Positions 8,774-16,269 of a stretch of DNA of 24,441 bases are shown piece by piece (within the stretch, counting starts at the first letter, position 1; each line of letters opens with the position of its first letter). The notes under the pieces are model-generated. The model worked only from the letters and a program-made list of their open reading frames with translations, was not told where the DNA came from and did not search any database. Location: positions 1 through 24,441 of the IMG/VR virus record IMGVR_UViG_3300004213_000030. One strand, written 5' to 3'. This stretch comes from a virus. Lineage: Duplodnaviria; Caudoviricetes. The position numbers were made by a program, and so were the translations under genes.

Positions 8774-9183
8774 TTGGGCAGTATGTTTTCGATTTGGTTG
8801 GTAAGATTTTCGTTCCGTTTAGACTTTGATTCAAGAATTCGGTCTGTCTTTTCTGAACGTTTTATTTTTACATCGACCAAAGTACGAATTTCTTTCGCTT
8901 GCTCCAACTCCGCACGATAATCTATAATACGCTGACGGTTAGTCGAATCGATAGTGAATTGCATTCGGGCAATGATCGGCTTCCACAAAGCACGTTCTTC
9001 CAAACGGGCACTATCTTTCTCCGCAGATAATGCTTTGTTATCGAAATACAATTGCCGTGCCACGTACCCCTCGACGAATACGCACACAATCAGAACGAGA
9101 ATTAAAATCCGCAACAAGGGATTAAGCTTTGCTAGTGCGGCAAAGAACGCATCAAATAATTTGGGTATTGCTCTTAGCGGCAT
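8770..9183 (-). CDS. Single-TM coiled-coil protein of the lysis operon (holin or i-spanin candidate)
   Basis: TM segment LLRILILVLIVCVFV followed by long amphipathic helices; first gene of the lysis operon. Confidence 0.55.
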   Translation of the reverse strand: MPLRAIPKLFDAFFAALAKLNPLLRILILVLIVCVFVEGYVARQLYFDNKALSAEKDSARLEERALWKPIIARMQFTIDSTNRQRIIDYRAELEQAKEIRTLVDVKIKRSEKTDRILESKSKRNENLTNQIENILPK

Positions 9184-9263
9184 GGTGTGGCGTTATTCGT
9201 AATATGTAAATTTAATTACCTTCAATTAAATAACTACTATGCCGATTGAATTAATTTGTCTAC

Positions 9264-9296
9264 AAAAAGAAACAGACCGTAGAAGTACGGCCTGTT
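9264..9296 (-). terminator. Rho-independent terminator separating the small-gene operon from the lysis operon
   Basis: Minus strand reads AACAGGCCGT-ACTTCT-ACGGTCTGTT-TCTTTTT (10-bp stem with one G.U pair), 5 nt after the 9302 stop. Confidence 0.8.
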
Positions 9297-9301
9297 AGCG
9301 T

Positions 9302-9493
9302 TTAAATAAGCTTTTCTTGTTTGGCAAGTTGTTCCATCGTTGCCAGAATTGGAAGCCGGACATCAAGTTCGAAGTACCTTCGTTTAACAAAATTCCATTT
9401 GTTGTCCTGTTTTTGCTCAATTCGTGCAACATTTTGCCCGAAACTTTTCTGAATTGTGATCCGAACCGTGTCGGATAGGGGGTGAATTTTCAT
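9302..9493 (-). CDS. Hypothetical protein (63 aa)
   Basis: ATG at 9493 overlaps the upstream stop (ATGA); ends just before the terminator. Confidence 0.6.
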   Translation of the reverse strand: MKIHPLSDTVRITIQKSFGQNVARIEQKQDNKWNFVKRRYFELDVRLPILATMEQLAKQEKLI

Positions 9494-9759
9494 AAAACTA
9501 TCCAGTCGTTTGATATGGCGTCTTCTTGTGTGATCCAAACCCGCTCTTTTACCACGCCGTCAACTGAAATTTTAATTGACATTTTGAACAGATCGTAATT
9601 CCTTTTTGAATTTTCCAGAAAGTCCGGGTGCGTAGTATCAAGCGTATCGGGTATGTTATCATTGTCTTTGTCGTAAAATGCGACTTTTCCTTCCGGCCAA
9701 CTTTCGCGGCGGATTGTCTTACCTTGCATCAACGATACTTCTGCGGTTGTGTAATTCAT
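9490..9759 (-). CDS. DUF2829 / Tad2-family protein (candidate nucleotide-signal sponge)
   Basis: MNYTTA...L.QGKTIRRESW..GK at the N-terminus and W.TQEDA.SNDWIV at the C-terminus match the DUF2829 signature; 89 aa from ATG 9759. Confidence 0.72.
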   Translation of the reverse strand: MNYTTAEVSLMQGKTIRRESWPEGKVAFYDKDNDNIPDTLDTTHPDFLENSKRNYDLFKMSIKISVDGVVKERVWITQEDAISNDWIVL

Positions 9760-10096
9760 TTTCGTATTTATGAATGATTGATAATACTTTTTTATAATTC
9801 TCGACGGTACGTGAATCCCGGATTGCCCAACGAAGATCAAATTCTTTTTTCGGATAGCCGTGCTTCATGAATACGTCAAGGGCTTTTTCGCCGAAAAGCG
9901 AGGCGGTCGGCTTACCGGGTGCGGGCACCTTCTTCTTTTCTGCGGCAAGCATCTTGTACCATTTGTCCAAGCCTTTCGGTTCGGCTTTTTTCCAGAAATA
10001 GGCGCAATTCGGTTCGACTCCTGCTTCCAGCATAACGGCGGACATCTTCAAGCCCAAGGCTTCGCAACGGGCGAACAGTTCTTCGGTTAGTGTCAT
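9719..10096 (-). CDS. Hypothetical protein with N-terminal Cro/XRE-like helix-turn-helix
   Basis: GLKMSAVMLEAGVEPNCAYFWKK fits an HTH pattern; ATGA overlap with the upstream gene. Confidence 0.55.
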   Translation of the reverse strand: MTLTEELFARCEALGLKMSAVMLEAGVEPNCAYFWKKAEPKGLDKWYKMLAAEKKKVPAPGKPTASLFGEKALDVFMKHGYPKKEFDLRWAIRDSRTVENYKKVLSIIHKYENELHNRRSIVDAR

Positions 10097-10413
10097 TTTG
10101 CTTTCCCTTTCTCTGCCGAAGCTTTTAATTGTTGACTAAGCTTTTTACGGACATTCTCCATCTGATGACCATGTATAAGATATTCATTGTTTTCCTGAAT
10201 CGCTTGTATGTGCGAGATTGGAAGGGACGCTTCGTGCCGTTTTTGTTCCCTGCGGGCTTTCTCTTGTTCTTTCTGCCAAGCCCTTCTCGATTTGCGATTA
10301 GGTGCGGCAAATCGCTTTACTTTTTTAGTTTCGACAGCCGTGCCGGTTGCTTCTTGCTTTTCCATATCGCCAACCCACTTTTGGTATTCTTCGGAATAAT
10401 CTTTATCAGTCAT
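10093..10413 (-). CDS. Hypothetical basic protein
   Basis: Likely start MTDKDY at 10413 (ATGACTGA overlap with the upstream stop); contains NRKSRRA. Confidence 0.6.
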   Translation of the reverse strand: MTDKDYSEEYQKWVGDMEKQEATGTAVETKKVKRFAAPNRKSRRAWQKEQEKARREQKRHEASLPISHIQAIQENNEYLIHGHQMENVRKKLSQQLKASAEKGKAK

Positions 10414-10753
10414 TTTTATATTCGATAACAGTTTTAAATTTTTCACGCCATTCTTTTTTATACTTCTCGATTTGTTCATCGGTCAGTACAAGCCCTGCTT
10501 GAAACTTCAACGGGACGGCATCGCCGGGCGAAAACTGATGAAGAACAACTTCGTCGTGAATGTGGCGGCTGATTCGAACCGTAGAATCTACGCGCCTGTC
10601 GGGATTTGCTTCAAGCCAAGCCGCGATTCTTTTTTCCGTTTCGCTTGTGTCGCCTGAATACCCCCTAAGCAATTCTTGAATCTGTCCGTCGGTAGCATTG
10701 GTATGCCAATTATTTTGCGAAACAGATTGCGGTTGATAGCGTTTCTTTTTCAT
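10406..10753 (-). CDS. Hypothetical protein (115 aa)
   Basis: Tiles the operon with start/stop overlaps at both ends. Confidence 0.65.
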   Translation of the reverse strand: MKKKRYQPQSVSQNNWHTNATDGQIQELLRGYSGDTSETEKRIAAWLEANPDRRVDSTVRISRHIHDEVVLHQFSPGDAVPLKFQAGLVLTDEQIEKYKKEWREKFKTVIEYKND

Positions 10754-11007
10754 AAGCTGTCCGAGATTTCAGGAATTTTCATCCAATGGGTAGGGAAATT
10801 GTCGTATTGAATACGATCCCCGTAGCCATCAATCCAGTTCGTTCCGTCGTACATAGCGGTAAAACAGTTCAACGGATAGCCGCCTTTCTTGCAAGCCCAT
10901 ACCCAAGTATTTTCGGGTACTTCAATGACGGGTTTCAGTTCGCTTTCGATCTGACTATTAATAACCGCCGACGCAATTTTCTTTACAATCTTAAAAAACT
11001 TTTTCAT
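10750..11007 (-). CDS. DUF551-like protein
   Basis: C-terminal AMYDG..W...PTHWMKIPE matches the DUF551 THWMPLP signature; start placed at 11007, after the promoter cassette. Confidence 0.65.
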   Translation of the reverse strand: MKKFFKIVKKIASAVINSQIESELKPVIEVPENTWVWACKKGGYPLNCFTAMYDGTNWIDGYGDRIQYDNFPTHWMKIPEISDSL

Positions 11008-11070
11008 TTCTCTTGCTCGTTTAATGGTGATGTAAAATAAGGGAATCATTATTTAACAAGCAAGAGAAAT
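11006..11070. repeat. Long imperfect inverted repeat (26-bp arms, 22/26 match, 13-nt loop)
   Basis: ATTTCTCTTGCTCGTTTAATGGTGAT (11006-11031) versus the reverse complement of 11045-11070, ATTTCTCTTGCTTGTTAAATAATGAT. Confidence 0.8.
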
Positions 11071-11077
11071 AAATTAT
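11008..11077 (-). promoter_or_regulatory. 70-bp repeated promoter/operator cassette, copy 3
   Basis: Minus strand TTTATTTCTCTTGCTTGTTAAATAA (11073-11049) is 24/25 identical to copies 1 and 2; TAyTTT and CAyCATTAAA are conserved at the same spacing. Confidence 0.75.
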
Positions 11078-11296
11078 TTATTTTCTGAATTTCGTAGCCG
11101 CCCAAGTGATTGCGGCCCAAATGATGAACAACAGGACGCCCGCAGCTTGGCAGATATTCACGACGGGAACCAATGCCCAAAGAAGTTCACGTTTGTCCGG
11201 CTCCTTGTGATAAGTTCTGTCGAACCAAATGTTGAACATACAAACGATGCAAAAACTTGCGATGTACGAATAAAATCCGATTTCTGGTAAACTCAT
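11078..11296 (-). CDS. Small two-TM membrane protein
   Basis: Two hydrophobic segments flanking a charged loop; starts 2 nt after the polymerase stop. Confidence 0.7.
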   Translation of the reverse strand: MSLPEIGFYSYIASFCIVCMFNIWFDRTYHKEPDKRELLWALVPVVNICQAAGVLLFIIWAAITWAATKFRK

Positions 11297-11298
11297 GA

Positions 11299-13356
11299 TT
11301 AGTCTTTTTTATAGTAAGATGATTCGAAACTTTTAGCTTGAAGCGGCAAGCCTTCCGCCCAAGGGATCGGGAAACCCATTATTTCATTAACTTCGTCAAG
11401 CGACCCCATACCGAACGGGACTTCGGATACGGTTTCATCATGTACGTGAATTACGAGGTTATACCCCGCGTCGTTCAAACGAAGCATAGCAACACCCAAA
11501 CAGTCCCGCGCAATTTTCTGAACAATGTTTTCAGTCACTTTTCCGCCGTAGGTATCGACCCAAGACCATTGATTCGTGATCTGATCGAGTCCCTTATACC
11601 GGATTCCGCGCTTCGTACGGGATTTTTGAACATCCGAATGAAATCCGCCGTAAATATCGCCGCCTTGCGTATTGACTTTGGTGTTCTTCCATTCGGAGAA
11701 GATGATTTCTGCCCCGACATAAACTAACACCCCGCCCGATGGCATTTTCACATTCAAATTCCCGTTACGGTGCCAAAACTTAATGCCTTTAACCGTGCTG
11801 AAAACTTGTCCGGGGTTTTCAATTGCACTGACCGCCGCATTATCGAACGTACGCCAAAGGGCAACAATTGCGGGATTCGCTTCGCGCCAAAGTCTTACAA
11901 GTTCGGGAAGTTCGTCTTCTGTCAGTCCGAATTTCAAAGCTCCCATTGTAATCAGTGCCCCGGCTGCACCTTGGTACCCAAGGGCAAGTTCTGCGACTTT
12001 TCCCCGTTGGCGAAGCGCGTAATTTTCTTTACCTTCCGCAATGGTTTCAATCGGAACTTTAAACATAGCACTTGCGGAAGCTTCGTAAATTTTGCCGTGC
12101 GTACGGAACACTTTCATTCGCCATTCTTCACCGGCAAGCCAAGCAATTATACGCGCTTCAATGGCTGAAAAATCCGATATTATAAAGCGGCTCCCGGATT
12201 CAGGTTCGAAAGCTGTCCGTATCAGTTGGGAAAGGATGTCGGGCACATTACCGTAAATCATTTGCAGAACAGAAGCGTTCTGTTCCAGCACGATTTTTCG
12301 TGCGACATCAAGATCGTCGATGCCTTTCTTGTGATCGATCCTAAGTTTGTTCTGCGGCAGATTTTGAAGCTGAACCCGCCGGCCTGCCCACCGGTGCGTA
12401 CGACTTGCGCCAACGAACTGAAACAACCCCCGTGCCCGGCGATCCGCGTTAACCCCGTGCCGCATTGCGATGTACTTCTTGATGGAAGTTTTCGCCATTT
12501 CCTGCCGGATTTCGAGTACCCTTGCTACGTCGGCATTATCCACGTATTCGATGGCATCTTTGACGGTTGCTTTTTTAAGGTCTTCGAGTTCTTCGCCATT
12601 TAGTTGCATCCAAGAAAGAAGCTGCGCCGTGCTGTTAGGGTTGGCAAGGCCGGTTATTTCGATAGCTTCTGCCCGCAGCTTATCCGTGTATTCATCATTG
12701 AATTGAAGCGCATTGACAATCAGATCGGTATTGACCTTAACGCCGGTTGCGTTGATCTTCTGGTCAAGTATCCAGAGCTTACGGTCGAAGTCGGTTATCG
12801 GATAGTAAAGACAATGTTCCCGGATTGCGTTTTCTACAACGACATCCTGCTTGCAATACTCTTTGAACCGTTCCCATTTTTCAGGGCTATGTTCCGGCAA
12901 ATTCCGGGTGCGCCCGCCGTTTGTTTTTGTCGGTTTGCAAGGAATGGAAAAATACCGGATCAGCGCAGAACCTTCCGTCGATTTCTGTTGCTCCAATCCG
13001 ATAGCTTTTGCCGCTCCTGCTAGTGACATCGGGTACCCCGCCATTCCTGCCCGTACTGACGTGCATTCCCATTGATCGACGGGAAGTTCCATATCGAACT
13101 CTTTGGACAGACAGGGGATTTCAAACGGGGCATTGAAGGCGGTTTTCAGTGTGTTCTTGTTCTTTAACTCTTTGCGAACCCACTTTGGAATTTTGTCTTC
13201 GTAAAAGTCAATCAGTTCAACGTGCCCGTCTTCATCGTCCCAAGAATACGCAAGCATAAGAACCTCAAAGTCGGGAGCCTCAATATATTTGTATACTCCG
13301 CCCTTGATAAGGTCATAGGAACTATACGTTTCGATGTCAATTGATAACGTTCTCAT
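11299..13356 (-). CDS. Family A DNA polymerase with 3'-5' exonuclease (phage SPO2-type)
   Basis: Exo I DIET, Exo II AFNAPFE, Exo III YCKQDV; polymerase motif A SDFSAIEAR, B RQRGKVAELALGY, C HVHDE. Start MRTLSID at 13356 gives an ATGA overlap. Confidence 0.96.
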   Translation of the reverse strand: MRTLSIDIETYSSYDLIKGGVYKYIEAPDFEVLMLAYSWDDEDGHVELIDFYEDKIPKWVRKELKNKNTLKTAFNAPFEIPCLSKEFDMELPVDQWECTSVRAGMAGYPMSLAGAAKAIGLEQQKSTEGSALIRYFSIPCKPTKTNGGRTRNLPEHSPEKWERFKEYCKQDVVVENAIREHCLYYPITDFDRKLWILDQKINATGVKVNTDLIVNALQFNDEYTDKLRAEAIEITGLANPNSTAQLLSWMQLNGEELEDLKKATVKDAIEYVDNADVARVLEIRQEMAKTSIKKYIAMRHGVNADRRARGLFQFVGASRTHRWAGRRVQLQNLPQNKLRIDHKKGIDDLDVARKIVLEQNASVLQMIYGNVPDILSQLIRTAFEPESGSRFIISDFSAIEARIIAWLAGEEWRMKVFRTHGKIYEASASAMFKVPIETIAEGKENYALRQRGKVAELALGYQGAAGALITMGALKFGLTEDELPELVRLWREANPAIVALWRTFDNAAVSAIENPGQVFSTVKGIKFWHRNGNLNVKMPSGGVLVYVGAEIIFSEWKNTKVNTQGGDIYGGFHSDVQKSRTKRGIRYKGLDQITNQWSWVDTYGGKVTENIVQKIARDCLGVAMLRLNDAGYNLVIHVHDETVSEVPFGMGSLDEVNEIMGFPIPWAEGLPLQAKSFESSYYKKD

Positions 13357-13616
13357 AAAGGTTTTGCTAGTCCGAGAATTGCCCATCCTTCTTTCAAGCC
13401 GAAAACTCCTTCTCGCAGGATATAAGTAATTAAGCGAACTTCCCGGTTCCCGGTGAACAGTATTTCACTGTCGTAATCAAGTACAACTTCATCAATATTA
13501 AGCAGGTCGCCAACTTCGAAATCGCGGTCATCCCGACGAAGTTCGAAAGGTTTCGATCCGTCCTTAACGTGTTTGAAATACTCGCTATGGCATTTAAGAT
13601 CATGTGTTTTTCTCAT
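13353..13616 (-). CDS. DUF3850 / ASCH-like protein
   Basis: HDLK...EYF..V.DG.K.FELR.DDRDFEVGD.L signature. Confidence 0.85.
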   Translation of the reverse strand: MRKTHDLKCHSEYFKHVKDGSKPFELRRDDRDFEVGDLLNIDEVVLDYDSEILFTGNREVRLITYILREGVFGLKEGWAILGLAKPL

Positions 13617-13789
13617 TTCTTTTTCTTTGCGGCTTCCGCCCGTAAAAGATCAATATTCTTGTAAATGTATCCCCGAACCCCTGTCGGCGCACGGTTGTTC
13701 TCATGCAGCCAAAGAAGGTATTCGGCGGGTACATTTGCTAATTTTTCGCCTTGGTATCTACCGGAAGGCATAAGGTCATTATCGTTCAT
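13613..13789 (-). CDS. DUF3820-like small protein (58 aa; not in ORF track)
   Basis: Manual translation MNDNDLMPSGRYQGEKLANVPAEYLLWLHENNRAPTGVRGYIYKNIDLLRAEAAKKKK; matches MPFGKY.G..L..VP..YL.W; ATGA overlaps at both ends. Confidence 0.8.
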   Translation of the reverse strand: MNDNDLMPSGRYQGEKLANVPAEYLLWLHENNRAPTGVRGYIYKNIDLLRAEAAKKKK

Positions 13790-14091
13790 GCTAAAAGATC
13801 GTGGATTTGGTCAATTGAATAATTTTCGCCCAATGCGCTGATCTGATCCATAAGAAGCTGAATCGCTACGCTGTCTGTGCGGTAACTTAATTCTTTTCCG
13901 TCGAGCTTTGCGATCTGGTAAAGATTGAATTCGTTTTCAAAATTCTCGATTGTCTTTTTCTGATCTTCAACTTTTTGTGAAAGCTCGAAATTTTCATGAT
14001 ACATTTTATCAATCTTGTTTTCAAGCGATCCGATTTGCTGTCGAAGCTGTTCGATTAGCAAGTCTTTGGGGGTTCTTGTGATCTGTTCCAT
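13786..14091 (-). CDS. Hypothetical coiled-coil protein
   Basis: Heptad pattern (LRQQIGSLENKIDKM...LSQKVEDQKKTIE); tiles the operon. Confidence 0.7.
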   Translation of the reverse strand: MEQITRTPKDLLIEQLRQQIGSLENKIDKMYHENFELSQKVEDQKKTIENFENEFNLYQIAKLDGKELSYRTDSVAIQLLMDQISALGENYSIDQIHDLLA

Positions 14092-14097
14092 AGCAGT

Positions 14098-14135
14098 AAA
14101 AAATAAGGCCGGTAGGCTGTCCCAACGGCCTTATT
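14098..14135 (-). terminator. Rho-independent terminator/attenuator after the SSB gene
   Basis: Perfect 10-bp arms AATAAGGCCG (14102-14111) / CGGCCTTATT (14126-14135), running into a U-tract on the minus strand. Confidence 0.75.
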
Positions 14136-14159
14136 CTAAATTTATAAGGTTGTTTTTAA

Positions 14160-14786
14160 TCAATAAGGAATATCGTCATCGTCATCCACGGGACGTTTCT
14201 TCTTTTTCTTTCTGACCGGTTCTTCGTCTTCGTCATCATCCGCCGGACGTTTTTTCTTCTTAGCTGGTTTTTCGTCAAAGTCATCATCAAAGGCAGCCGA
14301 CGGGCTTGTTCTTCCGCCGCCAAGGGCTTCGCCGTCCTTCCAAAACTGAATATGGTTGATGTAACGACCAAGCATCTTTTGTCCTTCAAACGACATCGGA
14401 ACGATGCTTATTTGGGCGCGAATGTAACAGCCCGCATAGATTTCTTCCGCGTCAAGAATTTCGTTAAGCTCACGGTCAACAAGACCCGGCATGTTCTTCG
14501 ATGTCAACGGAATGTAATAATGCCCTGCATAATTTTCGTCTTCATCGTCGCGGTCATCGCCATCACGAAGCACAATCAGCTTTTCCTTTTTCGGAGCTTT
14601 TCCGCCCCAAGGTTTGTATTCAGCAACGCCATAAGCGACAGCATCTTCGACGCAATCTGTAATTTTTTGGATCGTTGCTTTATCCGTCTTTTTAATCAAG
14701 ATGTCAAGCGCATACTTGCCGTCTTTGTTTTTCTTTGCCAAGTACACGTATGATGCCCTGACTACTCCGGTTGTTATTTGAGCCAT
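14160..14786 (-). CDS. DUF2815 family single-stranded DNA-binding protein (T7 gp2.5-like OB fold)
   Basis: VRASY, KY..DILI.K.D, LRDGD, P.LVD, IYAGCY.RA and IQFWKDGEALGG motifs; acidic tail ending DDIPY. Confidence 0.9.
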   Translation of the reverse strand: MAQITTGVVRASYVYLAKKNKDGKYALDILIKKTDKATIQKITDCVEDAVAYGVAEYKPWGGKAPKKEKLIVLRDGDDRDDEDENYAGHYYIPLTSKNMPGLVDRELNEILDAEEIYAGCYIRAQISIVPMSFEGQKMLGRYINHIQFWKDGEALGGGRTSPSAAFDDDFDEKPAKKKKRPADDDEDEEPVRKKKKKRPVDDDDDIPY

Positions 14787-14813
14787 TTTATAAAATTGAT
14801 TTTTAAAATTATA

Positions 14814-15101
14814 TTAAATAAAAAATATTTTGACGTACTCTTGTTCGGATACTTCCCGACAGTCGGAAGGAGCTTCGTATTCGCTTTCTGCTAAATTGTG
14901 AGTATTGCTGATATTGACTTGAAACCCGTAATAATCGGACTGATTCACTATCGAATATCGATCAAAAGCGGGAAGTATGGTTTTAAGCTTTACCGCTTCT
15001 TGCAATTCGAACAATACATCAAGACTATGTTCGCAGTTATCAATAATATCTTTAATCTTCTTACCTGTTTCCGAATCTTTCTTGGTTACAAAGTTTTTCA
15101 T
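14814..15101 (-). CDS. Hypothetical protein, short paralogue of 21006..21488
   Basis: Shares F.TKKDSETGKK, DYYGF and E..AP.DC.EV.E with the 160-aa protein; ATGA overlap with the nuclease stop. Confidence 0.75.
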   Translation of the reverse strand: MKNFVTKKDSETGKKIKDIIDNCEHSLDVLFELQEAVKLKTILPAFDRYSIVNQSDYYGFQVNISNTHNLAESEYEAPSDCREVSEQEYVKIFFI

Positions 15102-16267
15102 GATTGTTCGTCTTTAAATCCGTCACTGAACACGCTTACTGAACTTCTGTACACAGGCCGGGGGTCTGATTCAGGCACAAGCGTAGGTGCCCCGGCTGGT
15201 TTAATTATTAAGTCTTTAAGGATTTCTTCAACCCCGTTTTTCCCGATAAGCTTTTCCATCGCGGTAATGCCTATCAAATCTTTCTTGTATAGTTCGTCTT
15301 CTTTATACCCTTTTTCAAGCACGGCAGCGGCCACTTTTTCCGTATCCTTGTACATTCTGCTACTCTTGCCATGTACGAGCTTGTAACCCGGTAAAACATC
15401 GCCGTCAAGGGCATCTTTTAGCGCACTATCTTTCAACGAATTTACCCAATCGACAAGAAGCGGGCCTTGACGGATTGCTTCTGCTTTCGCTTCGGGTGAA
15501 AGAAAGTTTGAAGTTTTGAAAGCATGTCGGGTCAATTCGAGATTGAACTTCGCAAGTGCTTCGCAATCCGCTTTGCCCCGACAGAATTTGCAATGGTCGC
15601 CGGGCACATATTCGCCTTCGCCTTTGAAGGCAAGCAGTGCTTTCGGTACAAGAACCTGATCCGCCCAATCAAGAAGCTGTAATATGGTTTTTGTATCCGT
15701 GGTAATGCTGTCAAGTCGCGGCTGGTAAATGGTCATCCGAATATACTTGAATTCATAAATCAGATCGTGAGCATCGTACGCACCAAGCGCATAAAGATAC
15801 AACTGTTTGTTTTCGACCGCTGATACCGGAACGCCCTGTCCGTACTTCAAATCGATGAATTCAAGATACTTTTTGCAAAGGATAATCACATCGCCCCGGC
15901 CAAATCCTTTCGGAACCCAACGGGACATATTAAGCCGTTCTTCAATGTAAATCTTCGCCTTTGGATCAACGGCAAGGGCTTCGGCATACCGTTCCAAAAC
16001 ATAATCACGATACCCTTCGCAATGACGAAGCATATCCGCATTGTAGAAACGGTTCAGCTTGATCTTTTCGATGTCGTATTTGATCTTCTTGCGGCTGACC
16101 ATATTTAAGGCTTGCTTTATCAAACAATCCCCAAGGGAGTGCGCGACAGTACCTTCTTTGGCAGCTTCCCCGGCGTTGTCAGGGAAGTTGCTTTCGAAGT
16201 GAGCGGACGGAGTACACGCAAGCCAACGGTGTGCGCTCGAAGGCGATAAAAAAGCGTGTGCCGACAT
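15098..16267 (-). CDS. DUF2800 family PD-(D/E)xK (Cas4/RecB-like) exonuclease
   Basis: HA.LSPSSAHRWL.C.PS, EGT.AH, GFG.GD, IDLKYG.G, NKQL.LYALGA, IYQPR and G.HCKFC....C (Cys cluster). Confidence 0.92.
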   Translation of the reverse strand: MSAHAFLSPSSAHRWLACTPSAHFESNFPDNAGEAAKEGTVAHSLGDCLIKQALNMVSRKKIKYDIEKIKLNRFYNADMLRHCEGYRDYVLERYAEALAVDPKAKIYIEERLNMSRWVPKGFGRGDVIILCKKYLEFIDLKYGQGVPVSAVENKQLYLYALGAYDAHDLIYEFKYIRMTIYQPRLDSITTDTKTILQLLDWADQVLVPKALLAFKGEGEYVPGDHCKFCRGKADCEALAKFNLELTRHAFKTSNFLSPEAKAEAIRQGPLLVDWVNSLKDSALKDALDGDVLPGYKLVHGKSSRMYKDTEKVAAAVLEKGYKEDELYKKDLIGITAMEKLIGKNGVEEILKDLIIKPAGAPTLVPESDPRPVYRSSVSVFSDGFKDEQS

Positions 16268-16269
16268 AA

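Noticed and set aside
9207-9236. Minus-strand TAG-N19-TAAATTTA as the lysis promoter
   Set aside because: Mismatches in both boxes within an AT-rich gap; plausible but too weak to call.
15098-16267. Cas4-like nuclease as a sign of a CRISPR-Cas system
   Set aside because: It is the DUF2800 nuclease in its usual context with DUF2815 and PolA; no array or other cas genes.
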